Source: Cyanobacteriota bacterium
Lineage (GTDB): Bacteria; Cyanobacteriota; Cyanobacteriia; Thermostichales; Thermostichaceae
Assembly (NCBI GenBank): GCA_033764955.1
Contig: JANRIL010000003.1
Location: 1 to 25,320, forward strand
Length of the DNA: 25,320 nt
Direction of reading: 5' to 3'
Of this stretch, positions 1 through 11,118 are shown piece after piece. A program made the position numbers and the translations under genes. Positions within the stretch are counted from its first letter, which is position 1. Each line of letters opens with the position of its first letter. Under the pieces are notes generated by a model that searched no databases, had not been told where the DNA came from, and saw nothing but the letters and a program-made list of their open reading frames with translations.

Positions 1-96
1 GTGATGCATGAGCGCAATGCCCACAACTTCCCGCTGGATTTGGCGGCGGCTGAGGTGTCTCCTGTGGCTCTCTCTGCTCCGGCTGTGCATGGTTAA
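1..96 (+). CDS. psbA: Photosystem II D1 protein, C-terminal fragment (gene starts before window)
   Basis: Frame 1 reads [31 protein letters not shown]: the invariant D1 C-terminus plus a 16-aa cyanobacterial cleavable extension. Confidence 0.97.
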   Translation: MMHERNAHNFPLDLAAAEVSPVALSAPAVHG

Positions 97-143
97 TTGT
101 TGGCCTGAGCTGACTATTACGTATACGTAGACAAACAAAAAGC

Positions 144-188
144 AAATAAGGGATCCCTTCCTATCAACAGGGATCCCTTATTTTTTTT
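144..188 (+). terminator. Intrinsic terminator of psbA
   Basis: AAATAAGGGATCCCT (144-158) pairs with AGGGATCCCTTATTT (169-183) and runs into a T tract; both arms contain GGGATCCC. Confidence 0.8.
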
Positions 189-240
189 AGCCAATTGATT
201 CTTAATATACTGGGTCGTACTTATTAGGTCGTGTTGATCT

Positions 241-336
241 TTATAGTCATTCCAAATAAGAATGCGACCACCTAAATCCTGATATCTAAGCTTTGAGAGA
301 TTTTAGGGTTCTCAAACTAAATTGGAACGACTATAA
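241..336. mobile_element. MITE-like element with terminal inverted repeats
   Basis: TTATAGTCATTCCAA (241-255) and TTGGAACGACTATAA (322-336) are inverted repeats with one mismatch, with TA at both outer ends. No ORF inside. Confidence 0.55.
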
Positions 337-351
337 CAAAGCAACCGGAGT

Positions 352-428
352 GATCCCCTCTAGCCCCCCTTTCTTAAGGGGGTAACTGGATTCAATGTCC
401 CCCTTTTTAAGGGGGATTTAGGGAGATC
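352..428. repeat. Cyanobacterial short dispersed palindromic repeat (CCCCCTT..AAGGGGG type)
   Basis: Two internal hairpins (CCCCCTTTCTTAAGGGGG, CCCCCTTTTTAAGGGGG) enclosed by GATCCCCTCTA...TTAGGGAGATC; resembles a common cyanobacterial intergenic repeat. Confidence 0.65.
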
Positions 429-498
429 CGAGACTAGAACCGGCGGTATTTTCTGATTAAAGGAAAAGATCAACAGAACCTAGCTTATTACAGTATTC

Positions 499-1470
499 CT
501 ACGGCGCTTTCAAATTGGCTCGCGGGTCATAGGATTGTATCCGCAAAAGTTGCTCATATAACTCTCGTTCTTGAGGGGAAATCTTATCGGGTACGGTTAT
601 CTGAAGGATAACCAATTGATCCCCCCGCTCACCGGCTCGCTTGGGAAAACCGCGCTGACTCATCCGTAATTTTTGCCCCGTTTGCACTCCGGCCGGGATC
701 CGCAATTTGACCGGACCATCCAAGGTGGGAACCTCAACTTGTCCCCCCAAAACCGCCTCGCTGGGGCTAATCGGTAGATCGCAATAGAGATCGGATCCGT
801 CTAGGCGATAGAAAGGATGTTCCCGCAGCTCTACCTTTAAATACAAATCTCCATTGCCTCCATTGGGGTTGGGGTGGCCTTGTCCCCGCAGGCGGATTTT
901 TTTGCCCGAACCGATCCCCGCAGGGATAGCAATTTCTAAAACTTTTCCCCCCTCCACCCGCAACTTACGTTTGCCCCCCACATAGGCTTCGGGGATGGTG
1001 AGTTGAATGCTAGCTTCAGCATCGTAGCTGGTGCTGCCACTACCGCCCGTAAAGCCAGCGGCTCGTTGTCCCCCTCCCGCCGGGGATCCACCACCCACTC
1101 GACCTAGGAGTTGATCGATAAAATCCTGAAAATCATCAAACTGGGTGAAGTCAACATTGTTAGGAAATCCACCTAAGCCAAAATCATCCCCACCAAATGG
1201 ATTACCCCCAAAGGGACTGCCGCTGCCCCCTCGGAAGCCCCCCTGTTGATAATATTGTCCAAATTGATCGTATTGCCGCCGCTTGGTAGTATCGGATAAT
1301 ACCTCATAGGCTTCGTTGACATCCTTAAACTTCTCTTCGGCTTGAGGATCGTTGGGATTGACATCAGGATGATATTTGCGAGCCAGCTTACGGAATGCCT
1401 GCTTGACCTCATCCATGCTGGCTTGTTTGGGGATCCCTAATATTTGGTAGTAATCCTTAAAGTTTTGCAT
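499..1470 (-). CDS. DnaJ-class co-chaperone, type II (CbpA-like)
   Basis: J-domain with HPD (KYHPDVN), G/F-rich linker and DnaJ C-terminal domain; no CxxCxGxG zinc finger. Confidence 0.92.
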   Translation of the reverse strand: MQNFKDYYQILGIPKQASMDEVKQAFRKLARKYHPDVNPNDPQAEEKFKDVNEAYEVLSDTTKRRQYDQFGQYYQQGGFRGGSGSPFGGNPFGGDDFGLGGFPNNVDFTQFDDFQDFIDQLLGRVGGGSPAGGGQRAAGFTGGSGSTSYDAEASIQLTIPEAYVGGKRKLRVEGGKVLEIAIPAGIGSGKKIRLRGQGHPNPNGGNGDLYLKVELREHPFYRLDGSDLYCDLPISPSEAVLGGQVEVPTLDGPVKLRIPAGVQTGQKLRMSQRGFPKRAGERGDQLVILQITVPDKISPQERELYEQLLRIQSYDPRANLKAP

Positions 1471-1574
1471 AGTCTAAGTATCACCTTTCGTCTAAACCTT
1501 GAGTGATTAAGGGATCTATTGGTATTCAACCCTAGGGAGACAAGAGAAAATATCCGCAAAGCTATCCCGAGATG

Positions 1575-1619
1575 GAGAAACATCCAGGGTATGCGGAGTG
1601 ACACAACCTGGATGTTCTC
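1575..1619. other. Intergenic stem-loop between dnaK and dnaJ
   Basis: AACATCCAGG (1579-1588) pairs with CCTGGATGTT (1607-1616); possible terminator or mRNA stabiliser. Confidence 0.45.
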
Positions 1620-1680
1620 ATCATCGCCTACCTAATACTGGTCAAGCCGCTAGATCATTCCCTATCTCACGCTAGTCCGA

Positions 1681-3579
1681 CTACTTGCTTTCGGTAAAAT
1701 CAGCATCAATCACATCATCCCCACCGCTGCCGCTACTGGTAGATGAACCAGGGGCAGCATCAGGAGAACCACTGGGTGTTTGCTGATAAAGATCACTGCT
1801 CATGGCATAGAGAGCCTCTTGCAGGGCAGTTTCTTTAGCTTGGATGGCGCTGTCGTCCTCCCGCTGGATGGCGTCCCGCAGATCCTTAAGGAGGGTTTCG
1901 AGGTTGGCCTTTTTGTCGGCAGGAATTTTGTCCCCCAGTTCTTTGAGCTGTCGTTCCGCTTGATAGGCGAGGGAGTCCGCTTTATTGCGGCGCTCGATTT
2001 TTTCGCGGCGCTCACGATCCTCCGCCGAGAATTTCTCGGCTTCCGTTACCATCCGCTCTACTTCTCGACTGTCTAGGGTAGAGGCTCCCGTAATCGAGAT
2101 GCGCTGCTCCTTGCCGCTGCCTTTATCTTTGGCGGTGACGTTGAGAATGCCATTGGCATCAATGTCAAAGGTCACTTCGATTTGAGGAACGCCGCGAGGA
2201 GCCGGAGGGATCCCGTCAAGCTTGAAGCGACCCAAGGATTTATTATCCCGTGCCATCTCCCGCTCCCCTTGGATGACATGGATTTCCACCGAGGTTTGCC
2301 CGTCTTCGGCAGTGGAGAAGGTTTCCGACTTGCGGGTCGGAACGGTGGTGTTGCGGGGAATCAGCTTGGTAGAGACGCCGCCCAGAGTTTCCACACCCAG
2401 GGAGAGAGGAGTGACATCCAAAAGTAGGACATCCTTGACTTCGCCAGCCAATACCCCCGCTTGAATGGCAGCTCCCACGGCCACCACTTCGTCAGGGTTC
2501 ACCGACTCGTTAGGCTCTTTGCCGATCAACTCTTTCACCAGCGCCTTCACCGCCGGGATGCGAGTGGATCCCCCTACCAAGACCACTTCGTCGATCTCTT
2601 CTTTGTTCAGCTTGGCATCCCGCAGCGCCTGCTCCACAGGTCCACGGCAACGCTGGAACAAATCCGCACAGATGTTTTCAAATTGTGCCCGTGACAGTTT
2701 CAGATCGAGGTGCTTGGGACCATCCGCTGTAGCCGTAATAAAGGGCAGGTTAATACTGGTTTCTGCCACACTCGATAGCTCAATCTTGGCCTTTTCGGCA
2801 GCTTCCGTCAGCCGTTGTAGGGCTTGCCGATCTTTTCGCAGATCCAGACCCTCCATTTTGAGAAACTGCTCCGCTAGCCAATCCACGATTTTTTTGTCGA
2901 AGTCGTCACCCCCCAACTGGGTGTCCCCACTGGTGGATTTCACTTCAAACACACCGTCGCCCACTTCCAAAACCGAAACGTCGAAGGTGCCTCCGCCCAA
3001 ATCAAACACCAGAATAATCTCGTTGTTCTTGCGATCCAGCCCATAAGCCAAAGAGGCCGCGGTGGGTTCATTCAAAATCCGCTTCACATCAATACCCGCG
3101 ATTCGTCCGGCATCTTTGGTGGCTTGCCGTTGCGAGTCGTTGAAATAAGCCGGAACCGTGATCACCGCCTCCGTAACCGGCTGACCGAGATAACGGCTGG
3201 CTTCATCCACCAGCTTACGCAGCACCATCGCCGAAATTTCTTCGGGTGCATACTCTTTGTTCATGCGCGGTGCCGAGACTTTCACGTTGGCCTTATCGTC
3301 CCGCACCACTTTATAGGCTACTTGCTTCGACTCAGCCGACAACTCATCATATTTGCGGCCAATAAATCGCTTCACCGAATAAAACGTGTTTTCGGGGTTC
3401 AGCACCGCTTGGCGACGAGCCATCTGCCCCACCAATCGTTCGCCATCTTTGGTAAAAGCAACGACTGATGGTGTGGTGCGAGTACCCTCAGCGTTTGCAA
3501 TTACAGTGGGTACACCCCCTTCCATCACCGCCACCACCGAGTTGGTGGTTCCTAGGTCAATTCCGACTACCTTTCCCAT
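1681..3579 (-). CDS. dnaK: Hsp70 chaperone DnaK
   Basis: [27 protein letters not shown] and C-terminal DDVIDADF. Start placed at MGKVVG (ATG 3579) after an AGGAG RBS. Confidence 0.97.
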   Translation of the reverse strand: MGKVVGIDLGTTNSVVAVMEGGVPTVIANAEGTRTTPSVVAFTKDGERLVGQMARRQAVLNPENTFYSVKRFIGRKYDELSAESKQVAYKVVRDDKANVKVSAPRMNKEYAPEEISAMVLRKLVDEASRYLGQPVTEAVITVPAYFNDSQRQATKDAGRIAGIDVKRILNEPTAASLAYGLDRKNNEIILVFDLGGGTFDVSVLEVGDGVFEVKSTSGDTQLGGDDFDKKIVDWLAEQFLKMEGLDLRKDRQALQRLTEAAEKAKIELSSVAETSINLPFITATADGPKHLDLKLSRAQFENICADLFQRCRGPVEQALRDAKLNKEEIDEVVLVGGSTRIPAVKALVKELIGKEPNESVNPDEVVAVGAAIQAGVLAGEVKDVLLLDVTPLSLGVETLGGVSTKLIPRNTTVPTRKSETFSTAEDGQTSVEIHVIQGEREMARDNKSLGRFKLDGIPPAPRGVPQIEVTFDIDANGILNVTAKDKGSGKEQRISITGASTLDSREVERMVTEAEKFSAEDRERREKIERRNKADSLAYQAERQLKELGDKIPADKKANLETLLKDLRDAIQREDDSAIQAKETALQEALYAMSSDLYQQTPSGSPDAAPGSSTSSGSGGDDVIDADFTESK

Positions 3580-3834
3580 GCCTGTTTGGTCTCCTTCTGC
3601 CTGCAATTGCTTGAGCATGTTTCACACTAGAGTCATCCTAGCCAGCCCATTTTTCTGTCTGGGGACGGCATCCCGCCCATTTGTTAGACGTGGGTACAGC
3701 CCTGCCATGCGGATCCCCGTACCTAGGGAGGGTCTACTGGGTGAGCTACGGGATCCCTGGAGAATAGCGGAATTTATGGTGGAAAATAAAGATATGTAAA
3801 TGACTCCTCATCCAAAGACTAGGGATCCCCACCT

Positions 3835-5460
3835 ATGGCCAGACCAACCCCTCCGATCCCCCCCCTGGATCTCCCCCATCAGCCTCCCTCCCCAGGGTTA
3901 CCTTCCATCCACAAGATTCTTTACATTCGCCTACCCTGCAACCCGATTTTTCCGATTGGCGTAGTCTATCTGGCGGATCACATCCACAAACAATTTCCCC
4001 AGATTGAACAGCGTATTTTTGACATGGGAACCTTTCCGCCATTGGATTTTCGCCGCAAGATGCTGGAGGAAATTGATGGCTTTCAACCGGATTTATTGGT
4101 GTTTTCTTGGCGGGATATTCAGGTCTATGCACCCGTTAACGGACGAGCTGGCAATATTTTGCAGCACTCCTTTGAGTTTCTCTATTCCCCCAGCCTTTGG
4201 GGTAAGTTGCGGGGATCCCTGAATAGCTTTCGCTTGGTGGCTGCCTACTACGGAGAAATTCGCCGCAATACGAGCCTGGTTCGCCAGGGAATTCGGCAGG
4301 CACAGCGCTATCGCCCACAAGCTCAGGCGGTTTTAGGGGGAGGAGCGGTGAGTGTTTTCTATGAACAGTTGGCCCGTTCCCTGCCCCCCCGCACGATTGT
4401 TTCGGTGGGAGAGGGAGAAACCTTATTGGAGAAAGTGATCCGGCGGCAAAGTCTGGCGCAAGAGCGCTGCTATGTGGTGGGAGCATCCGACCCGCGCCCC
4501 GGTTTGGTGCATGAGGATCCGCAACCGTTCCAAAAAACCGCCTGTGACTATACTTATATTGAGAGTATTTGGCGGGAGTTTCCTTATTATTTGGAGGGAG
4601 GAGATTTCTATATTGGGGTGCAAACCAAACGGGGCTGTCCTCACAACTGTTGCTACTGCATCTATACCGTCATCGAAGGGAAACAAGTCCGCATCAATTC
4701 GTCGGATGAAGTGGTGCGAGAAATGCGTCAACTTTATGATCGTGGTGTGCGTAATTTCTGGTTTACCGATGCTCAATTTATTCCGGCGCGCCGCTATATT
4801 GCCGATGCCATCGATCTACTGCAAAAGATCTTAGATGACGGCATGACCGACATTCATTGGGCTGCCTATATTCGTGCCGATAACCTCACCCCTGAGCTGG
4901 CCAATCTGATGGTCAAAACGGGCATGAACTATTTTGAGATCGGTATCACTAGTGGATCCCAAGAGTTAGTGCGGAAGATGCGGATGGGCTATAATCTGCG
5001 AACTGTCTTGGACAGTTGCCGCTATTTGAAACAGGCTGGGTTTGAGGATCTGGTTTCTGTCAACTATTCCTTTAATGTCATTGATGAACGACCGGAAACA
5101 ATTCGACAAACCCTTCGTTATCATCGAGAGTTGGAGGCAATTTTTGGTCGTGAAAAGGTAGAACCAGCCATCTTTTTTATCGGGCTTCAACCCCACACCC
5201 ATTTGGAAGACTATGCTTTTAAGCAGGGCATAGTGAAAAAAGGCTACAACCCAATGTCAATGATGCCTTGGATGGCTCGCAAAGTGTTGTGGAACCCAGA
5301 ACCTTTAGGATCCTTTTTTGGCGAGGTATGTTTGGCCGCTTGGGAGCGCAATCCCCAGGATTTTGGGCGGGAGGTGATGGCCATTTTGGAGGAACGGTTG
5401 GGGCTAGCCGATCTAGAGGCAGCGCTGTCGGCTCCCTTAGCAGGAGTTTACATATCTTGA
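3835..5460 (+). CDS. B12-binding radical SAM protein (slr0320-like PSII high-light acclimation family)
   Basis: CxxxCxxC motif (RGCPHNCCYC) and N-terminal RLPCNPIFPIG segment recalled for this cyanobacterial family; start uncertain. Confidence 0.8.
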   Translation: MARPTPPIPPLDLPHQPPSPGLPSIHKILYIRLPCNPIFPIGVVYLADHIHKQFPQIEQRIFDMGTFPPLDFRRKMLEEIDGFQPDLLVFSWRDIQVYAPVNGRAGNILQHSFEFLYSPSLWGKLRGSLNSFRLVAAYYGEIRRNTSLVRQGIRQAQRYRPQAQAVLGGGAVSVFYEQLARSLPPRTIVSVGEGETLLEKVIRRQSLAQERCYVVGASDPRPGLVHEDPQPFQKTACDYTYIESIWREFPYYLEGGDFYIGVQTKRGCPHNCCYCIYTVIEGKQVRINSSDEVVREMRQLYDRGVRNFWFTDAQFIPARRYIADAIDLLQKILDDGMTDIHWAAYIRADNLTPELANLMVKTGMNYFEIGITSGSQELVRKMRMGYNLRTVLDSCRYLKQAGFEDLVSVNYSFNVIDERPETIRQTLRYHRELEAIFGREKVEPAIFFIGLQPHTHLEDYAFKQGIVKKGYNPMSMMPWMARKVLWNPEPLGSFFGEVCLAAWERNPQDFGREVMAILEERLGLADLEAALSAPLAGVYIS

Positions 5461-5721
5461 GTGTTTTATGGGTGCTGCCCTGTTTACATCCCTTGCCTTC
5501 CCCTACTAGGCAGGTAAGGGGATCCCAGATAGTAGCGACATAATATACTGGCCGCCATCACCCCAAGCTTGAAGCTATCGGGATTTTTCTGGGGGTTGCC
5601 CTTTGCACGGAACTGATGAGGTATAGAATAGGAGACATCATATTGATGATTTGTAACAGTGATCTCGCTAGCACTGCTCATTGATATCGGTGCCTAAACT
5701 AACCTTCATTTTTTGAAGCCC

Positions 5722-6477
5722 ATGACATCGGAAGAAAAGCAACCCATTCCCCCTGAAGATGCTTATCCTGAGCTTGTGGAAGAAGAGCTAACCGAGGATG
5801 GAGCGTTGGAGGAACTAATCCTAGAGGAGGAGGAAGCCCAAGCTCCTGTAGCTGCTCCCACTGAAAGTGCTGGAGCGGCACCCACAGAAGCGCTGAGCAA
5901 GCTACAGCACGAGGCGGAGGTTCTGCGCCAGCAGATCAAAGACAAGGAAGAAAACTACATTCGCCTCTACGCTGACTTTGAAAACTTCCGCCGTCGCACC
6001 CAGCGGGAAAAAGAGGAGTTAAGTCTACGGGAGAAACAAAAATATATTTTAGAAATTCTGCCTGTGGTGGATAACTTTGAGCGCGCCCAACAGCAGGTCA
6101 AGCTAGAAACTGAGCGGGAACACGCCATCCATAACAGCTACCAGAGCGTCTATCGCTTGTTGGTGGAGGCTCTCAAAAAAATGGGGGTCTCTCGTATGAA
6201 GGCGGTGGGACAACCCTTCGACCCCAACCTGCATGAGGCTATTGCCCGCCAGCCCAACAATGATGTTCCGGAAGATACCGTGCTGGTGGAATATCAGCCG
6301 GGATATCTGTTGGGAGAGCTGGTGGTTCGCCACGCTATGGTAACTGTCTCGGCTCCCTCTGATGAAGACTCTAGCCCTCCTGCCGACGTGCCTGTAGCCA
6401 GCTCAGAACCCAGTCCGCCAGTTGCCCCTGAGATAGATTCTCCTCCTCCCGATGGGGATCCCTCACCGGCAGGCTAG
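5722..6477 (+). CDS. grpE: Nucleotide exchange factor GrpE
   Basis: ADFENFRRRT, LPVVDNFERA, FDPNLHEA and GY..RHAMVTVS motifs; upstream of dnaK. ATG at 5722 chosen as start. Confidence 0.95.
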   Translation: MTSEEKQPIPPEDAYPELVEEELTEDGALEELILEEEEAQAPVAAPTESAGAAPTEALSKLQHEAEVLRQQIKDKEENYIRLYADFENFRRRTQREKEELSLREKQKYILEILPVVDNFERAQQQVKLETEREHAIHNSYQSVYRLLVEALKKMGVSRMKAVGQPFDPNLHEAIARQPNNDVPEDTVLVEYQPGYLLGELVVRHAMVTVSAPSDEDSSPPADVPVASSEPSPPVAPEIDSPPPDGDPSPAG

Positions 6478-6680
6478 ATACGCTATCCCTCTTCCCCAGA
6501 AATAAGCTTAGATAGAAGCAAGACTTGTGTGTTAGGTCAGCAAATCAGGATTTCCGGATCAACCCAGTGATCCTAATGCGATGAAGGATTATGTTTCTAT
6601 TTTGGGCATGATGCTCCTAAGTGAGCTTCCGTGAAACCACGAATCTCTTTGTTCCACACGTTCTAGCGAAGTCAGGGGAT

Positions 6681-8492
6681 ATGGGTAAAGTTATCGGCAT
6701 TGATTTGGGAACCACAAATAGTTGTGTGGCAGTGCTAGAGGGCGGTCAACCGGTGGTGATTACCAACACGGAAGGGGGGCGCACCACCCCCAGTATCGTC
6801 GGCTTTGCCAAAAATAATGCCCGCTTGGTGGGGCAACTGGCAAAGCGGCAGGCGGTGACCAATGCCGAAAACACCGTCTTCAGTATCAAGCGGTTTATGG
6901 GGCGGAGCTGGCTAGAAACCGAGATCGAGCGAAGCCGCGTTCCCTACAAGGTGGTGGTGGGCAAGGACAATATGGTAGAGGTGGCGATTCAAGACCGCAC
7001 CTATACCCCCCAAGAAATTTCCGCGATGATTTTGCAAAAACTCAAGTCAGACGCCGAGTCTTACCTGGGAGAGGCCGTTACGCAGGCTGTGATTACGGTG
7101 CCCGCCTATTTTAGCGATGCCCAACGACAGGCCACCAAAGATGCGGGCACCATCGCAGGCTTAGAGGTGTTGCGGATCATCAATGAACCAACGGCAGCCG
7201 CCCTTGCTTATGGCTTGGATAAACAGGATCAAGACCAACGAATTTTGGTTTTTGACCTAGGCGGTGGCACCTTCGATGTTTCAGTGCTGGAGCTGGGGAA
7301 CGGTGTCTTTGAAGTGAAAGCCACGGCAGGCAACAACCACTTGGGAGGGGATGACTTTGATCAACGGATCGTCGATTGGCTGACCGAGCAATTTATGCAA
7401 AATGAGGGGATTGACCTATCCCAAGATCGGATGGCGTTGCAACGGATGCGGGAAGCTGCCGAAAAAGCCAAAATTGAGCTTTCCAGCACGCAGGCCACCT
7501 CCATCAACCTGCCCTTTATTACCGCTGATGATTCTGGCCCCAAGCATCTGGAGGTGGAACTAACCCGTGGCAAATTTGAAGATCTCGCGCGGGATCTGGT
7601 GGATGCCACGATAGATCCTACGGAACAGGCTGTCTCCGATGCCAGCGTTAGTCTCGACTCGATTGATAAGGTGATCTTAGTGGGAGGCTCCACACGGATC
7701 CCGGCCATTCAAGAGAAGCTCAAGCAGATGTTTAAGGGCAAATCGTTGGATCGCTCCGTTAATCCCGATGAAGCGGTTGCCCTGGGGGCCGCGATTCAGG
7801 CTGGGGTGATGGGGGGTGAGGTCAAAGATCTCCTGCTGTTGGATGTGATCCCCCTTTCCATAGGCGTAGAAACGTTGGGGGGAGTTTTTACCCGCATCAT
7901 TGAGCGCAACACCACCGTTCCCACCAGCAAATCACAAATTTTCTCGACAGCCACTGATGCCCAAAGTGTTGTGGAAATCCATGTCTTGCAGGGGGAACGA
8001 GCGATGGTCAAAGACAACAAATCCCTGGGAAAGTTTCAACTGACCGGGATCCCACCAGCTCCACGGGGCGTTCCCCAAATCGAAGTAGCCTTTGATATTG
8101 ATGCCAACGGCATTTTGAATGTTTCCGCCCGCGACAAAGGCACAGGTATTGAACAAAGCGTCAAAATTACCAACAACGGGGGGTTAAGCCAGACGGAAGT
8201 AGAGCGGATGCGGCGGGAGGCGGATGCCTATGCCGAAGATGATCGTCGCCGCCAGCAGGTGATCGAAGCGCGCAACCAGTCGGATAGCCTGCTCTACAAC
8301 TACGAAAAAACCCTGGAGGAACACGGTAGCCGGATTAGCCCCGGACGGCAAGAACGGGGGGCAGCATCAGCCGGACGGTTGAGGGGACTGCTGTCAGATG
8401 ATAACGTAGATTTATCAACTTTACGTTCCGCAATGGAAGACTTGCGGGTAGTTTTGTTGGAGATGGGGGGAGAGATCTACGGTTCCCGCTAG
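6681..8492 (+). CDS. dnaK: Hsp70 chaperone DnaK, second paralogue with short C-terminus
   Basis: All Hsp70 motifs present; start MGKVIG at 6681; lies in grpE-dnaK-dnaJ order. Confidence 0.95.
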   Translation: MGKVIGIDLGTTNSCVAVLEGGQPVVITNTEGGRTTPSIVGFAKNNARLVGQLAKRQAVTNAENTVFSIKRFMGRSWLETEIERSRVPYKVVVGKDNMVEVAIQDRTYTPQEISAMILQKLKSDAESYLGEAVTQAVITVPAYFSDAQRQATKDAGTIAGLEVLRIINEPTAAALAYGLDKQDQDQRILVFDLGGGTFDVSVLELGNGVFEVKATAGNNHLGGDDFDQRIVDWLTEQFMQNEGIDLSQDRMALQRMREAAEKAKIELSSTQATSINLPFITADDSGPKHLEVELTRGKFEDLARDLVDATIDPTEQAVSDASVSLDSIDKVILVGGSTRIPAIQEKLKQMFKGKSLDRSVNPDEAVALGAAIQAGVMGGEVKDLLLLDVIPLSIGVETLGGVFTRIIERNTTVPTSKSQIFSTATDAQSVVEIHVLQGERAMVKDNKSLGKFQLTGIPPAPRGVPQIEVAFDIDANGILNVSARDKGTGIEQSVKITNNGGLSQTEVERMRREADAYAEDDRRRQQVIEARNQSDSLLYNYEKTLEEHGSRISPGRQERGAASAGRLRGLLSDDNVDLSTLRSAMEDLRVVLLEMGGEIYGSR

Positions 8493-8533
8493 ATTGATGA
8501 CGACAGAAATCCTGCACCTGAAATATTTCTACT

Positions 8534-9742
8534 ATGGCTCGTGATTATTACGAATTGTTGGGTGTTAGTCGTGACAGCTCTAAGGAAGACATCAAGAAAG
8601 CTTATCGGCGCTTAGCCCGCAAATACCACCCTGATGTCAACAAAGAGCCGGGGGCGGAGGATCGATTCAAGGAGATCAATCGTGCCTATGAGGTTCTTTC
8701 CGATAACGACCTGAAAAGTCGCTATGACCGTTTTGGCGAGTCTGGATTGGGAGGAGCCGCAGCAGCGGGGGGCTTCCAGGACATGGGTGGTGTGGGATTT
8801 GCCGATATTTTTGAAAGTTTGTTCACCAATTTTGGTGGGGGATCCGGCTCCTACACCCGCAGCCGTACCGGCCCTGTGCGGGGGGATGACCTGCGCTTTG
8901 ATCTGAAGCTGGAGTTTTTGGAAGCTGTTTTTGGGGGTGAAAAACAAATTCGCATCAGCCACCTGGAAACCTGTACCGTCTGTCAAGGCAGTGGTGCCAA
9001 ACCGGGAACGGATATCAAGACCTGTAGCAACTGTGGTGGAGTCGGGCAGGTGCGGCGAGCCACGCGTACTCCTTTCGGCAGCTTCACCCAAGTGTCAGTT
9101 TGTACGAGCTGCAATGGGGTAGGGCAGGTGGTGGAGGAGCGCTGTCATAATTGCAGCGGCGAAGGGCTTGCTCAAAATACCAAAAAGCTTCGTATCACCG
9201 TTCCAGCCGGGGTTGATAGTGGCACCCGTCTGCGGATTTCGGGCGAAGGGGATGCCGGACGGCGCAGTGGCCCTCCCGGCGATCTCTACGTCTATCTGTT
9301 TGTTGAACCGGATCCTGACTTTCAGCGGGATGGACAGGATATCTTGTCGGAAGTAAGAATCAGCTATTTGCAGGCGATTTTGGGAGCCAAGGTGATGGTT
9401 CCTACCCTTGACTCGCGGGCAGAATTGGAGGAGGAAACCGAGTTAACGATTCCGGCGGGCGCACAGCCGGGGGCTATCCTCACACTGGAGGGCAAGGGAG
9501 TACCGAAGATTGGCAACTCGGTGGCGCGGGGGGATCACCGCATTACGCTGGTCATAGACATTCCTACCCGCATCAGTGGGGAGGAGCGGGAGCTGTTGGA
9601 GCGGCTGGCGGAGATTCATGGTCAAAAAACTGGACGGGGAGGTCGGGACGGCTTCCTGGGCAATTTGTTAAGAGGATTGGCTCAACCCAACCGTGAACGG
9701 GGTGAGAACCGCCCCCAGGATCCCCACGAGGATAAGGGCTGA
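8534..9742 (+). CDS. dnaJ: Chaperone DnaJ, type I
   Basis: HPD J-domain, G/F region and four CxxCxGxG repeats. Confidence 0.96.
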   Translation: MARDYYELLGVSRDSSKEDIKKAYRRLARKYHPDVNKEPGAEDRFKEINRAYEVLSDNDLKSRYDRFGESGLGGAAAAGGFQDMGGVGFADIFESLFTNFGGGSGSYTRSRTGPVRGDDLRFDLKLEFLEAVFGGEKQIRISHLETCTVCQGSGAKPGTDIKTCSNCGGVGQVRRATRTPFGSFTQVSVCTSCNGVGQVVEERCHNCSGEGLAQNTKKLRITVPAGVDSGTRLRISGEGDAGRRSGPPGDLYVYLFVEPDPDFQRDGQDILSEVRISYLQAILGAKVMVPTLDSRAELEEETELTIPAGAQPGAILTLEGKGVPKIGNSVARGDHRITLVIDIPTRISGEERELLERLAEIHGQKTGRGGRDGFLGNLLRGLAQPNRERGENRPQDPHEDKG

Positions 9743-9747
9743 GGGTC

Positions 9748-9987
9748 ATGGTCAGTGTGACGGATCCCCTAGTTATGGATCTGAGAGGGATCCCTTGTCC
9801 CCTCAACTTTGTCAGAACCAAGCTGAAATTGGAAAAGCTGGCGGTCGGGGATCACTTAGAGGTTTGGCTGGATGCGGGAGAGCCGATCCAGCAGGTTCCC
9901 GATAGCCTGAGGGTGGCAGGGCACCATATTCATAAGCTAGAGGAGCAGCCGGAAGGATTTTTTGTCCTGGTTGTGGAGCGAGGATAA
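9748..9987 (+). CDS. TusA/SirA-family sulfur carrier protein
   Basis: DLRGIPCPLNFV motif; 79 aa. Confidence 0.88.
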   Translation: MVSVTDPLVMDLRGIPCPLNFVRTKLKLEKLAVGDHLEVWLDAGEPIQQVPDSLRVAGHHIHKLEEQPEGFFVLVVERG

Positions 9988-9991
9988 AATC

Positions 9992-11068
9992 ATGCCTCTT
10001 GCCACGCAGACGGGTTGGGTATTGGGTTGGGTGCAGGCAGTACAGGCTAATTTTTATCGGGTGAGACTGGTGGGGGATCCCTATCAAGCGAGGGGGCAGG
10101 ATATTTGGTGTACTCGCCGTGCCCGCCTGAAAAAGTTGGGGCAGCAGATTGTAGTAGGGGATCGGGTGCAGGTGAGTGTGGCGGCTAGGGATAGCCAAGG
10201 GGTGATCGAAGCCGTTTTAGCCCGTGAGAGCTTTTTACCCCGTCCGGCCATAGCCAATGCCGACCAAGCGTTGTTGGTGTTTGCCCTGCGAGAGCCACCG
10301 CCGGAAGCAACCCACTTAAGCCGATTTTTGGTACAGGCGGAGAGCAGTGGTCTCACGGTCTGCCTGATATTTAACAAGTGTGACCTGGTGGATGAGCCTA
10401 TCCAGCAGCAATGGCAGGAGCGGATCGGGCAGTGGGGGTATGATCTGCACCTGATTAGCGCCAAAACAGGCATGGGGATCCCACGATTGCGAGCATCTTG
10501 TCAGGATCGCATCTCGATTGTGACAGGGCCTTCTGGAGTAGGAAAATCTAGCCTCTTAAACCGTCTTTTGCCGGATCAGCAGTTGCTCACTCAAGCGGTT
10601 TCTGGGCGGTTGCGCCACGGTCGCCATACTACCCGCCATGTAGAATTATTTGCGTTAAATGAGAGTAGCTGGATTGCCGACTCACCGGGATTTAATCAGG
10701 TGGAGCGATTTTATTGCTCTGCCGAGGGATTGATGCAAGCTTTTCCTGAAATTCGTCCTCATTTGGGATCCTGTCAATTTCGCAACTGTCTACATCAGCA
10801 GGAACCGGGCTGCCAGATTCGCCCATTGCCGTGGGAGCGCTATCCCATTTATCAAGAACTGTTGCGGGAGGTGATCCAACAGGAACCGCAGGATGGAATG
10901 GTGCTCTCAGAGCCGACAGGCTCCTCCGAACCGTCTTCCCCTCGAGCAGCGGCTAAGCCTTCTCCTCCCCATTTGCCCACTCACTATCGCCACCGCTCCC
11001 GCCGCCAAGAACGCCAACGATTGCGAGCCTGGTCGGTGGATGACCTGACGGATGCCAGTGAAGGGTAA
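9992..11068 (+). CDS. rsgA: Ribosome small subunit-dependent GTPase A
   Basis: Circularly permuted GTPase motifs NKCD, GPSGVGKSS, GRHTT, DSPG and a C-terminal CQFRNCLHQQEPGC zinc site. ATG at 9992. Confidence 0.93.
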   Translation: MPLATQTGWVLGWVQAVQANFYRVRLVGDPYQARGQDIWCTRRARLKKLGQQIVVGDRVQVSVAARDSQGVIEAVLARESFLPRPAIANADQALLVFALREPPPEATHLSRFLVQAESSGLTVCLIFNKCDLVDEPIQQQWQERIGQWGYDLHLISAKTGMGIPRLRASCQDRISIVTGPSGVGKSSLLNRLLPDQQLLTQAVSGRLRHGRHTTRHVELFALNESSWIADSPGFNQVERFYCSAEGLMQAFPEIRPHLGSCQFRNCLHQQEPGCQIRPLPWERYPIYQELLREVIQQEPQDGMVLSEPTGSSEPSSPRAAAKPSPPHLPTHYRHRSRRQERQRLRAWSVDDLTDASEG

Positions 11069-11118
11069 GGGGAGCAGGGTAGGATGGGGAAGATATTGGC
11101 ACGGATCCCCTAGCAGCA

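Noticed and set aside
5668..5697. CIRCE-like inverted repeat upstream of grpE (CTAGCACTG...CGGTGCCTAA)
   Set aside because: The spacer is 11 bp rather than 9 and both arms deviate from TTAGCACTC/GAGTGCTAA.
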